In this document: piece by piece, positions 39,790 through 48,199 of the stretch
Numbering within the stretch: the stretch's first letter is position 1
Layout of the letters: each line of letters begins with the position of its first letter
NCBI GenBank assembly: GCA_001029675.1
Contig: CP011210.1
Location: 581,663-645,662 of the forward strand
DNA from: Candidatus Beckwithbacteria bacterium GW2011_GWC1_49_16
GTDB lineage: Bacteria; Patescibacteriota; Microgenomatia; UBA1400; CG1-02-47-37
DNA length: 64,000 bases
Direction: 5' to 3'
Position numbers and translations under genes: made by a program
Notes under the pieces: model-generated
Databases searched by the model: none
What the model was told of the DNA's origin: nothing
Seen by the model: only the letters and a program-made list of their open reading frames with translations

Positions 39790-40342
39790 AAATTTCCTAC
39801 AAAAACTTTTAATAGGCAATTTCTATCAAAGGCTGTTAACTGTTGTGGCTAAAGTTAATATTGGTCGGATTTTAGACGCTGGTTGTGGCGAGGGCTTTAC
39901 TCTAAAAAGACTTAAGGAAAAAAATATCGGCAACTACCATGAGGGAATAGATATTTTAAGGACAGCCATTAAGCTGGGCCGGGAACTCAACCCCGATATT
40001 AAATTTTCCCTGGGAAATATTTATCACTTGCCGTATGAAAATAATTCCTTTGATCTGGTTTTATGCAATGAGGTTTTGGAACACTTGTCTAACCCAAAGG
40101 CAGCCCTCAAAGAAATTATCAGAGTGTCAAAAAAATACTGTTTAATCTCGGTGCCGAACGAACCCTGGTTTAGACTGGCCAATTTTCTGCGTCTGAAAAA
40201 CCTCAGCCGACTAGGAAACGATCCTGAACATATCCAGCATTGGTCAAAAGGAAGCCTGCTAAGTTTATTAAAAAAAGTTAGCCTCACTCCCATAGAAGTA
40301 AAATTACCTTTTCCTTGGATTCTGGTTTTAGCAGAAATTTAG
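39755..40342 (+). CDS. Class I SAM-dependent methyltransferase
   Basis: ILDAGCGEG, EVLEH, SVPNEP and EHIQHW motifs. Confidence 0.88.
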   Translation: MNTRNYQKHTSKNFLQKLLIGNFYQRLLTVVAKVNIGRILDAGCGEGFTLKRLKEKNIGNYHEGIDILRTAIKLGRELNPDIKFSLGNIYHLPYENNSFDLVLCNEVLEHLSNPKAALKEIIRVSKKYCLISVPNEPWFRLANFLRLKNLSRLGNDPEHIQHWSKGSLLSLLKKVSLTPIEVKLPFPWILVLAEI

Positions 40343-41019
40343 CTGACGGGGTTGTTCTCTAGGCTGACCAAGCGGATGCTATCGACACCTTTGATCGCTT
40401 TAAGATTTTGCATTAGGGTTTTGGGGTCGGTTTCAGGCTTAAGGGTAATGTTGTAGGCCAGTTCAACCGTCTTGGCTTGTTTGAAGCTGGTAAGATTCAA
40501 TAGTTGATGATTTTTCAGGTGGCGGGTAAAGAGCTTTAAAATTTTGTCGGTGGATGAGTGCTCGGGATAGTGAAAGGTTAACAGGTGGTCAGAAGCGGTG
40601 ATGGAACCGAAGCGGTAGCGGGTCATGAGTACAACAGCCAGGGAAATAAACAAGGTGCTGACAACGGCAATGGTGTAGTTGTTGGTACCCACGGCCATAC
40701 CGGTGATGAGAGCAATAAAGACAAAAGCGATATCGCGGGCGTCTTTGACGGCGGTTCTAAAACGGATGATGGAAAAGGCGCCGAAGAGCGAAAATGCCCG
40801 GGCTAAAGAATTGCCGACGATCATCATTAGGATCGAACCGGCCGCGGTCAAAAGCGCCAGGGTAAAAGTGAATGAGGCTGAATAAGACAAACCCTTATGG
40901 GTGCGCTGGTACACCAGAGCGACGGCGACTCCCAAAAGCAAACCAAAAAGAATGTTGAAGACAATTACCGGTAAAGGGTAGTCGAGGCTGGCACCGGTTA
41001 AGGTGAAAAACTGATTCAT
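40339..41019 (-). CDS. DUF4956 family membrane protein
   Basis: VGNSLARAFSLFGAFSIIRFRTAVKDARD...GMAVG, followed by a C-terminal soluble domain. Likely start MNQFF at 41019. Confidence 0.88.
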   Translation of the reverse strand: MNQFFTLTGASLDYPLPVIVFNILFGLLLGVAVALVYQRTHKGLSYSASFTFTLALLTAAGSILMMIVGNSLARAFSLFGAFSIIRFRTAVKDARDIAFVFIALITGMAVGTNNYTIAVVSTLFISLAVVLMTRYRFGSITASDHLLTFHYPEHSSTDKILKLFTRHLKNHQLLNLTSFKQAKTVELAYNITLKPETDPKTLMQNLKAIKGVDSIRLVSLENNPVS

Positions 41020-41024
41020 AAGCT

Positions 41025-41759
41025 TTAGTCGTTTTCTTCGGCCACTATACCACAGGCCTCTAAACTCAAGCAATACTTGGACAGAGATTGGCGGGGCAGG
41101 TCGAAAGTTTTAACCACCCCGGTCAAATAGTCTGGGACGCGGCCGGAAAACTTTAACTCCATGATAGCGTGGTCGGGAATGACTTGAGTCAGGCGAGGGG
41201 TGGCAAAAAGGTCGTGGCTTAATACCGCTTGGATTTGGTAATCAAAGGTGAGGCGGAAATTAGGATAAAAAGGGTCGATTAAAGGCTGGCGCAAGTAAGA
41301 AACCAGGATGGCCGGTTGGAGACGGTAAGCGACCAACTGGTGGTAAAACCGGTCTAAAGTACCGCTTTCGGTTTGGGGATTTGAACTAGACAGGCTGTCT
41401 TGGGAGCTTAAAAGTTTTTGGGTTTTGTCCCAGCGCAGCTGGGCGCGTTCTTTGGTTAAGAAGTCACCATACTTATATTTGATTTCCCAAAAAACCGGCG
41501 TTGAGGCGGTGGCCTTTTGAGAGTAGGTCCTTAAGCGATACTTGACCCTGTCTTTGACGCCGTATTGCTTTTGCCAGTAGGCTTGGTAGTCGGGAGTGTC
41601 CAGGTATAAAGTAGAGATGTAGTAGCTGGCGTCAGGTTTTTTTTGCGAGTGGCTGTCGGGAACCAGACCGCGGTTTAAAAGAAACTCCCTTACCTGGCGG
41701 TGCTGGTCCGGGGTTAATAGATACTTGTATTCCTGGCGCTCAAAGTTGGTTTTGATCAT
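41025..41759 (-). CDS. VTC (polyphosphate polymerase-like, CYTH/TTM fold) domain protein
   Basis: RQEYKY, YLDT, KYRLRTY, EIKYK, RLTFD, IMELKF and SKY motifs. Confidence 0.88.
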   Translation of the reverse strand: MIKTNFERQEYKYLLTPDQHRQVREFLLNRGLVPDSHSQKKPDASYYISTLYLDTPDYQAYWQKQYGVKDRVKYRLRTYSQKATASTPVFWEIKYKYGDFLTKERAQLRWDKTQKLLSSQDSLSSSNPQTESGTLDRFYHQLVAYRLQPAILVSYLRQPLIDPFYPNFRLTFDYQIQAVLSHDLFATPRLTQVIPDHAIMELKFSGRVPDYLTGVVKTFDLPRQSLSKYCLSLEACGIVAEEND

Positions 41760-43000
41760 AGTTGGCGGTTTAAATTATCAAAGTGGTCGAGCATCCACAG
41801 GCGGTAGTTTTTAATGTCAAGTAAATATTTAAGGTCGGGGTGGAACTTGTTGGTATCCTGCATCAGGGGAACTTGCAAACTCTGCCAGCTGTTTTCAAAA
41901 AATTCCAGATCTTGGCTGCGGTTGACCGGATCGTTGAGGTATTCTGCCAAGCGGCGGTTGCGTTCCGCTTTTACTTGAGGATCTTGCAGTAGTTTAATGG
42001 CCAGGGGGTTGAAAGTTTCGTCAATATCGACCAGGGTGGAGGTGCGGTCACCGGTATCCCAAGGGGTGAGAACAAATTTTTTAGTCTGGTGGTTGAAAAA
42101 CAAGCGGTTGTTGTGGCTTTTATCCTGATGGAGGCTGGCCATGAGTAAGCTGTGAACCCGCCAGGCAAGAAAGCTGTCTTTGTCTAGAAGTTGAAAAACT
42201 TCTTGGGCGGAAGAGCCAGGATCGTTGACTAAGTCTAAAAGCTGCTTTAAATATTTAAAGTCAGGATGGTTGGGGTCTTCCGGATAGGTACGCCAACGAT
42301 CGACGCTTTCGTAAATGTTGACATTCCAAGTTTCGCTTTGGTCTTTTTCGCCAAAAAGAGTCCCGGTTAAGTTTCTCCGGGTAAAAAAAGCTTCGTCCAG
42401 TTTCTCGGTAACATAATAAACCCCCTGGGATTGTTGGTTTATTGTTAAATTGGCAAACCAAGAATCAGGGGCCAATAAGCCTAACTTTCCTGCCCTGAAG
42501 TTGGCCAAATGTTCAAACACCAAGCCGCGGTCTTCGGGAATAATCAAATCCAAGCTGGCTAACCCGTTAAAGGTATCGCCGCCAGAAAAAATAATCCGCC
42601 AGGATTTTTTGGGCTGGGCCCAGTGGACCGCTCCGTTGCCGCGGAAACGCACCTTAACGTTGTGTTCCAAACCTTGAGGGTCGACGAAGACGGCCGGGAC
42701 TTCCTGATTATGTTCAATCACTACCGGAGTGGTGACGGGGTCGGGTAAAGACAACTGTAAAATTTCCAGGTTTTTACCTTTAATAAAAAGTTGATAGGTG
42801 TCTAAGCTATTGGGGTAAAAATAGTAATGAACAAAACCCAAGTCGGTGATCTTGGCAACTTTATTGATTAAGGTATAAGCCCAGAAGTTGTCGGTGAGGC
42901 GCTTGAGCCTAGGCTGGTGGCGAAAACGATAAAACAAATAACCGCCGGCGGCAGTGACGGCAAGCAGACTCAAACTTAACCAAAATAATTTTTTTTTCAT
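41756..43000 (-). CDS. CotH-family kinase with N-terminal TM anchor
   Basis: KVRFRG...KKSWRI.F, GVYYVTE, HQDKSHNNRLF and PWD motifs. Confidence 0.82.
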   Translation of the reverse strand: MKKKLFWLSLSLLAVTAAGGYLFYRFRHQPRLKRLTDNFWAYTLINKVAKITDLGFVHYYFYPNSLDTYQLFIKGKNLEILQLSLPDPVTTPVVIEHNQEVPAVFVDPQGLEHNVKVRFRGNGAVHWAQPKKSWRIIFSGGDTFNGLASLDLIIPEDRGLVFEHLANFRAGKLGLLAPDSWFANLTINQQSQGVYYVTEKLDEAFFTRRNLTGTLFGEKDQSETWNVNIYESVDRWRTYPEDPNHPDFKYLKQLLDLVNDPGSSAQEVFQLLDKDSFLAWRVHSLLMASLHQDKSHNNRLFFNHQTKKFVLTPWDTGDRTSTLVDIDETFNPLAIKLLQDPQVKAERNRRLAEYLNDPVNRSQDLEFFENSWQSLQVPLMQDTNKFHPDLKYLLDIKNYRLWMLDHFDNLNRQL

Positions 43001-43695
43001 TAAAATCCGCTGCCTATAAGTATTTCCCTAATTAAAAACCTGATAAACAGCCAACCGGTAGGCAAGGCTTTGGAGCCCGACTCGCCGCCGAGGCGGTTGC
43101 CCTCGCGGGTGGCGAGCTCGGCGATTTTAAGGCGTAGTTTTAGAGCCCTAATCGACATTTGGTACTCGATGACATAACCGGGGGCGTCGAGATCTAGCCT
43201 GTAAAAGGCCTTTTTGGTGATGGCCCGGTAGCCGTTGATGCTGTCAGTTAGTCTGCCGCCCCAAAATAGGTTAGCCAATAGAGTAAAGCCCTGGTTGGCC
43301 CAAGCCCTGAATTTTAAGACTTGGTCGTCTTCTTCGTTTCTGGACTCGGGCAGGAAGCGCGAGGCAATAGCTAAATCGTAACCCTGACCGAGGAGCTTTA
43401 GCAGTTTGGGAATATCCTGGGGGTTTTCGTTGCCGTCGGGGCTGAAAAAAACCAAATGCTGGCCGCGGGCTAGGCTAACCGCCAAACGGAAAGCCTCTCC
43501 CCGACCGGGTTTGATTTGGTTAATTAATCTAATCTTGTTTTTTTTGACAAATTCTTTGGTACCGTCGGTGGAGTTAAAATCAACCACAAAAGCTTCGTCG
43601 ACCTTACCAAAAGGAATTTTTTTGACTAGGGCTTTCATGCCGGTGATTTCGTTGCGGGTCAAAATCACCAGAGTGGTGTCAATTTTTTTAGCCAT
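43000..43695 (-). CDS. Polyprenol-phosphate-type GT2 glycosyltransferase
   Basis: LTRNE, STDGT, PDGN, ASRF and DSINGYRAI motifs. Confidence 0.82.
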   Translation of the reverse strand: MAKKIDTTLVILTRNEITGMKALVKKIPFGKVDEAFVVDFNSTDGTKEFVKKNKIRLINQIKPGRGEAFRLAVSLARGQHLVFFSPDGNENPQDIPKLLKLLGQGYDLAIASRFLPESRNEEDDQVLKFRAWANQGFTLLANLFWGGRLTDSINGYRAITKKAFYRLDLDAPGYVIEYQMSIRALKLRLKIAELATREGNRLGGESGSKALPTGWLFIRFLIREILIGSGF

Positions 43696-44656
43696 GGGTT
43701 TTTTTATAATAGTCGATGACTTGGGGCAAGCCCTGGTTTAAAGTCGTTTCTGCCTTAAAGCCCAAAAGCTTTTGGGCTTTGCCGGCAGCGCAGTTTCTTC
43801 TTGGCTGGCCCGACGGTTTGGCTTGGTCAAAAACTATTTTAGTTTCGGTGCCGGCCAGCTTGACAATCAGCCGGGCTAAATCCCTGACGCTGATCTCTTC
43901 TTTGGTGCCAAGATTAATCGGATCAGGGCGGGGATATTTTTCTATCGCCAAAAGCATTCCCCTGACAATATCATCAATATAGATAAAGGAACGAGTGGCC
44001 GAGCCGTCGCCCCAAACCACTAGAGGGTTCTCGCCGTCAATCACCCTTTTGACTAAAGCCGGGATGACGTGGGAACTTTTGGGATCAAAGTTGTCTCTGG
44101 GGCCGTAGGCGTTGTAAGGACGAACAATGCCGACTTTGAGCTTAAACTCTTGGGCGTAAGTTTTGGCAAAAAGCTCGCCGATGCGCTTCCCCCAACCATA
44201 ACCGTAGTTGGTAATTTCCGGCTCATTGAGAAACCCTTCTGATTCTTGGGTGGGAAAGCTGCATTCTCGGGGATAGACACAAGCAGAAGAAACGTATAAC
44301 AACCTTTGGGGTGGATGGCTTTTGGCGGCGGCAAAGACATTGATGGCGGGCAGGGAATTTTCATATAAAAGCGTGGCCGGGTGAATTTGGTTATAGTGGA
44401 CGCCGCCGACATGGGCGGCCAGGTGAAAGATTAAATCCTGACCCTTGACTACTTTTTGGGCGGCTGCCGGGTTTTTGAGGTCGGCGGTGACCAGGTTGAT
44501 TTTGTCTTTGACTGCCGACAAAAACGGCGTTGGTTTCAAAGACAAGGTGGGAACGGTGACTTTGGCGCCAAAACCCACCAAGGCTTCAACTAAATGGGAA
44601 CCGATAAAGCCGGCGCCGCCGGTGACTAAAACGAGTTTATTTTTGAAAAAATTCAT
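43688..44656 (-). CDS. GDP-sugar epimerase/reductase (Fcl/ColC-like extended SDR)
   Basis: HLAAHVGG, SSACVYP, YGWGK, SHVIPALV and VWGDGS.TR motifs. Likely start MNFF at 44656. Confidence 0.8.
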   Translation of the reverse strand: MNFFKNKLVLVTGGAGFIGSHLVEALVGFGAKVTVPTLSLKPTPFLSAVKDKINLVTADLKNPAAAQKVVKGQDLIFHLAAHVGGVHYNQIHPATLLYENSLPAINVFAAAKSHPPQRLLYVSSACVYPRECSFPTQESEGFLNEPEITNYGYGWGKRIGELFAKTYAQEFKLKVGIVRPYNAYGPRDNFDPKSSHVIPALVKRVIDGENPLVVWGDGSATRSFIYIDDIVRGMLLAIEKYPRPDPINLGTKEEISVRDLARLIVKLAGTETKIVFDQAKPSGQPRRNCAAGKAQKLLGFKAETTLNQGLPQVIDYYKKTHG

Positions 44657-45821
44657 GGAATTTGTCGGCAATATATTCTACATCTTTTAGAGTCATGCCC
44701 GGGTGGCAGCCGAAGTAAAAGGCGCGCTGGTTTAAGTTTTTGGCTACCGGGTATTTATTTTCCAACCGGCCAAATGTTTTTTGATAGGCGGGTTGATTAA
44801 GAAGCGGCAACAACTCGCGAGTCTCGATGCCGTTTTTCTCCAGATAGATAATTAGGTCCCACTTGTCGATGTTTTTGTCTTTTAAGACTAAAGGAAACAT
44901 CATAAAGGCGTGAGTGAAGCCGGCAGGAATCGTCGGCAGTTGAAGTTTGTCTTCGAGTGGTTTTAAAAGTTTGATTAAAGCGGCTGCCAGCTTTTGGCGT
45001 TTTTTGATATTGACCTGATACTCCCCGGTCTTAAGCTGGCTTAAGCCGATAGCCGCTTCCATTTCGGTTAAGCGAAAATGGGAGCCGATCCGGTCAAAAC
45101 GAAAACGGTTTTTTAGAGCTTTTTTGAGTTTGGCCTGGTCATCATCGTCGATTGACAAGTAACTCTGGTGGCGGCCGTGGAAAATGTAGCTGCGGGCAAT
45201 TTGTTCCAAACGCTTAGAATTACCGGTTAAAAAGCCGCCGACGCCTGTGGGAAGAAGGTGGGCCACATAGGTAGAAAAGGCGGCTAAATCACCAAAGCTG
45301 CCTACTGGTTTGCCGGCAACTCCCACAAACATGGCGTCACAGGAATCTTCCAAAACTTTGAGCCGGTGACGGCGGGCCAGTTTTAAAATGGCCGGCATGT
45401 TGGCGGGCAGGCCCAAAACGTGAACGGGAATTAGGCCGCGGGTTTTTGGGCTTAGGTGCTTTAGTATTTGCTCGGGGTCGAGGTTAAAAGTATCGGGCTC
45501 AACGTCCACAAAGACCGGCTTTAGGCGCAGGCTATAGACAATGTTGGCGGTGGTGATAAAGGAAATAGCCGGCACCAAAACCTCGTCACCGTCCCGCCAG
45601 CCGTAGAATTCTTTTAGGGCGGCTAGCCCCGCCTGAAGGGCGCCGGTGCCGGATGAGGTAAAGATCGAGAAGCGACAGTGGTGGAGTTTGGCAAAGCTTT
45701 GCTCGAACTTTTTAATAAAAGGGCCATAGGTCAACCGGTTGGTGTCAAGCACCCGCTTAAGATAAGTTTTAGCTCGGGAGTTTAGCTTGATATCCCCGAC
45801 CGTGATTTGACGTTTAGTCAT
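44637..45821 (-). CDS. DegT-family PLP enzyme with His in place of the catalytic Lys (ColD/E1-type 3-dehydratase-like)
   Basis: EDSCD and FSTYVAHLLPTGVGG motifs. Confidence 0.78.
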   Translation of the reverse strand: MTKRQITVGDIKLNSRAKTYLKRVLDTNRLTYGPFIKKFEQSFAKLHHCRFSIFTSSGTGALQAGLAALKEFYGWRDGDEVLVPAISFITTANIVYSLRLKPVFVDVEPDTFNLDPEQILKHLSPKTRGLIPVHVLGLPANMPAILKLARRHRLKVLEDSCDAMFVGVAGKPVGSFGDLAAFSTYVAHLLPTGVGGFLTGNSKRLEQIARSYIFHGRHQSYLSIDDDDQAKLKKALKNRFRFDRIGSHFRLTEMEAAIGLSQLKTGEYQVNIKKRQKLAAALIKLLKPLEDKLQLPTIPAGFTHAFMMFPLVLKDKNIDKWDLIIYLEKNGIETRELLPLLNQPAYQKTFGRLENKYPVAKNLNQRAFYFGCHPGMTLKDVEYIADKFHEFFQK

Positions 45822-45834
45822 AAACCGGATTGTA

Positions 45835-47385
45835 TCATAGCTTATAGACTTTAAAGCCGGGGTTGAAATAGACCAGATTGAAATCCAGGGGTTGGTGGTT
45901 GACTTTGACCACTAAATAGTCGAAGGAGTAGAGGTTCTTCACTGCCAGAAAGTCGGCGCTGGTGAAATTGTCGTAACCCTTTAAAGCTTGCCTCCTTTGC
46001 TGCCAATCTATGGCGTACTGGGCGGAATAAAAAATTAAACCCCCGTCTTTGGCGCTGGAAACCAGGTTTCTTTCGGAAAAACTTCTGAAACCGGGAATTT
46101 CTGGAGGAGCTAGAAACACTGCTTCAACCGGCGAGTTGACTTTAGCCCAAACCTGAACGTCGAGCCAGTCATCTCTGCCTTTAAGGTCGACTAAGGGGTT
46201 AGGATAATGAAAATAATCTGGTAATTTGACCTGGGGCTTGACCAACACCAGAACAAAGAGAACTTGCGTCAAGACTAATATGAGAATATGGGCAGAAATG
46301 TCTTTTTTTGACTTGAGATTTAGTTTGGGCTTGAAAATAAATAAACCTAAAGGGAGTAGGCCGATGGCCAGAAAGTGCCACAGAGTCAGATGCATGCCCC
46401 AGAAATAAACACCGGTCAAAGCAACACCGGTCAGAATTCTAACCGGCCAAGAAGAGGCCATTAAGCAAAAATAGGCGGCTGCGGCAAAAGAGATCAGAGC
46501 GACAATAAAAACAAAACTGGCGGCTCTTAATAGCTGGAGTTGGATTAATTGGGGAGATGGTAGGAGTGAACTTATTATCAGGTGAAAAAGAAACAAGCCG
46601 GAACAAATAACCAACAAAAGCTTAATCGGCTTAAAATAGAGGCCGAAAATTTTTTTCTTTAAGGCTAACCAGGCTGTACCCAGAAGCGCTAGCCAAAGGG
46701 CAAAGTTGCCCCAGGCAGTCCAGGGCCAAAGATGGGGGAAACTATAAGTGCCGCGGCTTTCCAGGATGTCAAACCAGGCTTGATTGATGGATGGCAGGAA
46801 ACTGAAAAATCTATTACCACTGGGTTTAAAAAACAAGGCAAGCCAAAAAATTGCCAAGGGGATAGGGATGGTCGGGTTAATTAAAGCGGCCAATAAAATC
46901 AGCCCCAGGCTCGACCAGGACTTGCGTCTAAGCATCGAGGTTAACGCCAAAAGCGAAACAGCCAAACTTAGATCGCGGCTAATAAAGTAAAAATGATGCG
47001 ACAGGTAACCGATGCGGGCCAGCCATTTGGGGGCGATAAACAAAACCGCGGCCAGAAGGGCAATGGAGCGGGAGCGATAAATGGTAAACGCCAACCAATA
47101 AATTCCTAAATATAAAAGGTAAAGACTAACCAGATACAAGCCCAAAAACACCCAAGCGAGGCTGGCGCCGCTAATGGTTTTTAGCCAAACGATGACGTAG
47201 TTAAAAGGCGAGTAAAGATAGTGGGGCTGGTTGAAGTAGTAATCGTTTGGGTAGAGGGCAGGGTTTAGAAGTTTATTTAAATAAGGCAGGTAGTGATGGT
47301 GGTCTAAAACGTCAAAGTAATAGCCGTGAATCAAAACGCTGGCCAGAGTGATTAAAAGCAAGAATAAAAAGTCTTTTGGTTTCAT
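45835..47385 (-). CDS. Multi-TM GT-C-like membrane protein
   Basis: HGYYF..D, LNPALYPND and FRSFSER...KDGG motifs; about 12 TM helices. Confidence 0.6.
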   Translation of the reverse strand: MKPKDFLFLLLITLASVLIHGYYFDVLDHHHYLPYLNKLLNPALYPNDYYFNQPHYLYSPFNYVIVWLKTISGASLAWVFLGLYLVSLYLLYLGIYWLAFTIYRSRSIALLAAVLFIAPKWLARIGYLSHHFYFISRDLSLAVSLLALTSMLRRKSWSSLGLILLAALINPTIPIPLAIFWLALFFKPSGNRFFSFLPSINQAWFDILESRGTYSFPHLWPWTAWGNFALWLALLGTAWLALKKKIFGLYFKPIKLLLVICSGLFLFHLIISSLLPSPQLIQLQLLRAASFVFIVALISFAAAAYFCLMASSWPVRILTGVALTGVYFWGMHLTLWHFLAIGLLPLGLFIFKPKLNLKSKKDISAHILILVLTQVLFVLVLVKPQVKLPDYFHYPNPLVDLKGRDDWLDVQVWAKVNSPVEAVFLAPPEIPGFRSFSERNLVSSAKDGGLIFYSAQYAIDWQQRRQALKGYDNFTSADFLAVKNLYSFDYLVVKVNHQPLDFNLVYFNPGFKVYKL

Positions 47386-47419
47386 GACTAATACCTCTAG
47401 TGTATTATAGAGATAAATT

Positions 47420-48199
47420 ATGCGTAAAGACTACCTACCCGTGAATAAGCTCACGGCCAAAAAAACAGAGGCTAAATTCGTCGAAGATTTTTGGACCAAA
47501 AGGTGGCAAAAGCAAGCGCTCAAGTGGCAGGCCGCCAACATAGAGAACGAGGCCGAGTTTAAGGCTGTAAGTCGATACTTCAACCAACTGCCAAAGGGAG
47601 CTGGGATTTTGGACGGAGGTTGCGGCTTGGGGGTCTGGACTCGGTATTTTACCGACCGGGGTCATAAAACCGTGGGTTTGGATATCAGCCAAAAAACCAT
47701 TACCAGGTTAAAGCGAAACTTTCCCAAGTACAAATTTGTAGCCGGCGATATCCGCCGCCTGCCTTTTAAATCTGGCAGTTTTGATGCTTACTTTTCCTGG
47801 GGGACGTTTGAGCATTTTGAAGAGGGTCTGGGACTTTGCTTTGATGAAGCCTACCGGGTGCTTAAATCGGGCGGCCTGCTTTTGATTAGCGTCCCCTACT
47901 ATAACTTAAGACTGAGACTTAAAGACTCGTTGGTGCTGCCACCTGAAGGCAAAAAGATAAGATTTTACCAGTGGCGCTTGACTGCCAACGAGCTTAAAAG
48001 AGAGTTCTATATTCATGGCTTTAAAGTGGATACGGTCAGGCCGATTTACAAAGGCCACGGTTTATCCAGACTGGTGAAACATGATTTGGGGGTCGGACGG
48101 CAAAGTTTTCTTCACAAACCACTGATGGCGCTACTTTACCCTTTTATGCCGCCAGGCTTTGTGGCTCACATGCTGATCGCCGCCGCTTATAAACGGTAA
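47420..48199 (+). CDS. Class I SAM-dependent methyltransferase
   Basis: ILDGGCGLG, SWGTFEHF and ISVP motifs. Confidence 0.88.
   Translation: MRKDYLPVNKLTAKKTEAKFVEDFWTKRWQKQALKWQAANIENEAEFKAVSRYFNQLPKGAGILDGGCGLGVWTRYFTDRGHKTVGLDISQKTITRLKRNFPKYKFVAGDIRRLPFKSGSFDAYFSWGTFEHFEEGLGLCFDEAYRVLKSGGLLLISVPYYNLRLRLKDSLVLPPEGKKIRFYQWRLTANELKREFYIHGFKVDTVRPIYKGHGLSRLVKHDLGVGRQSFLHKPLMALLYPFMPPGFVAHMLIAAAYKR

Noticed and set aside
41756-43000. CotH as evidence of sporulation
   Set aside because: The CotH kinase family is widespread outside spore formers, and no sporulation genes are present in the window.
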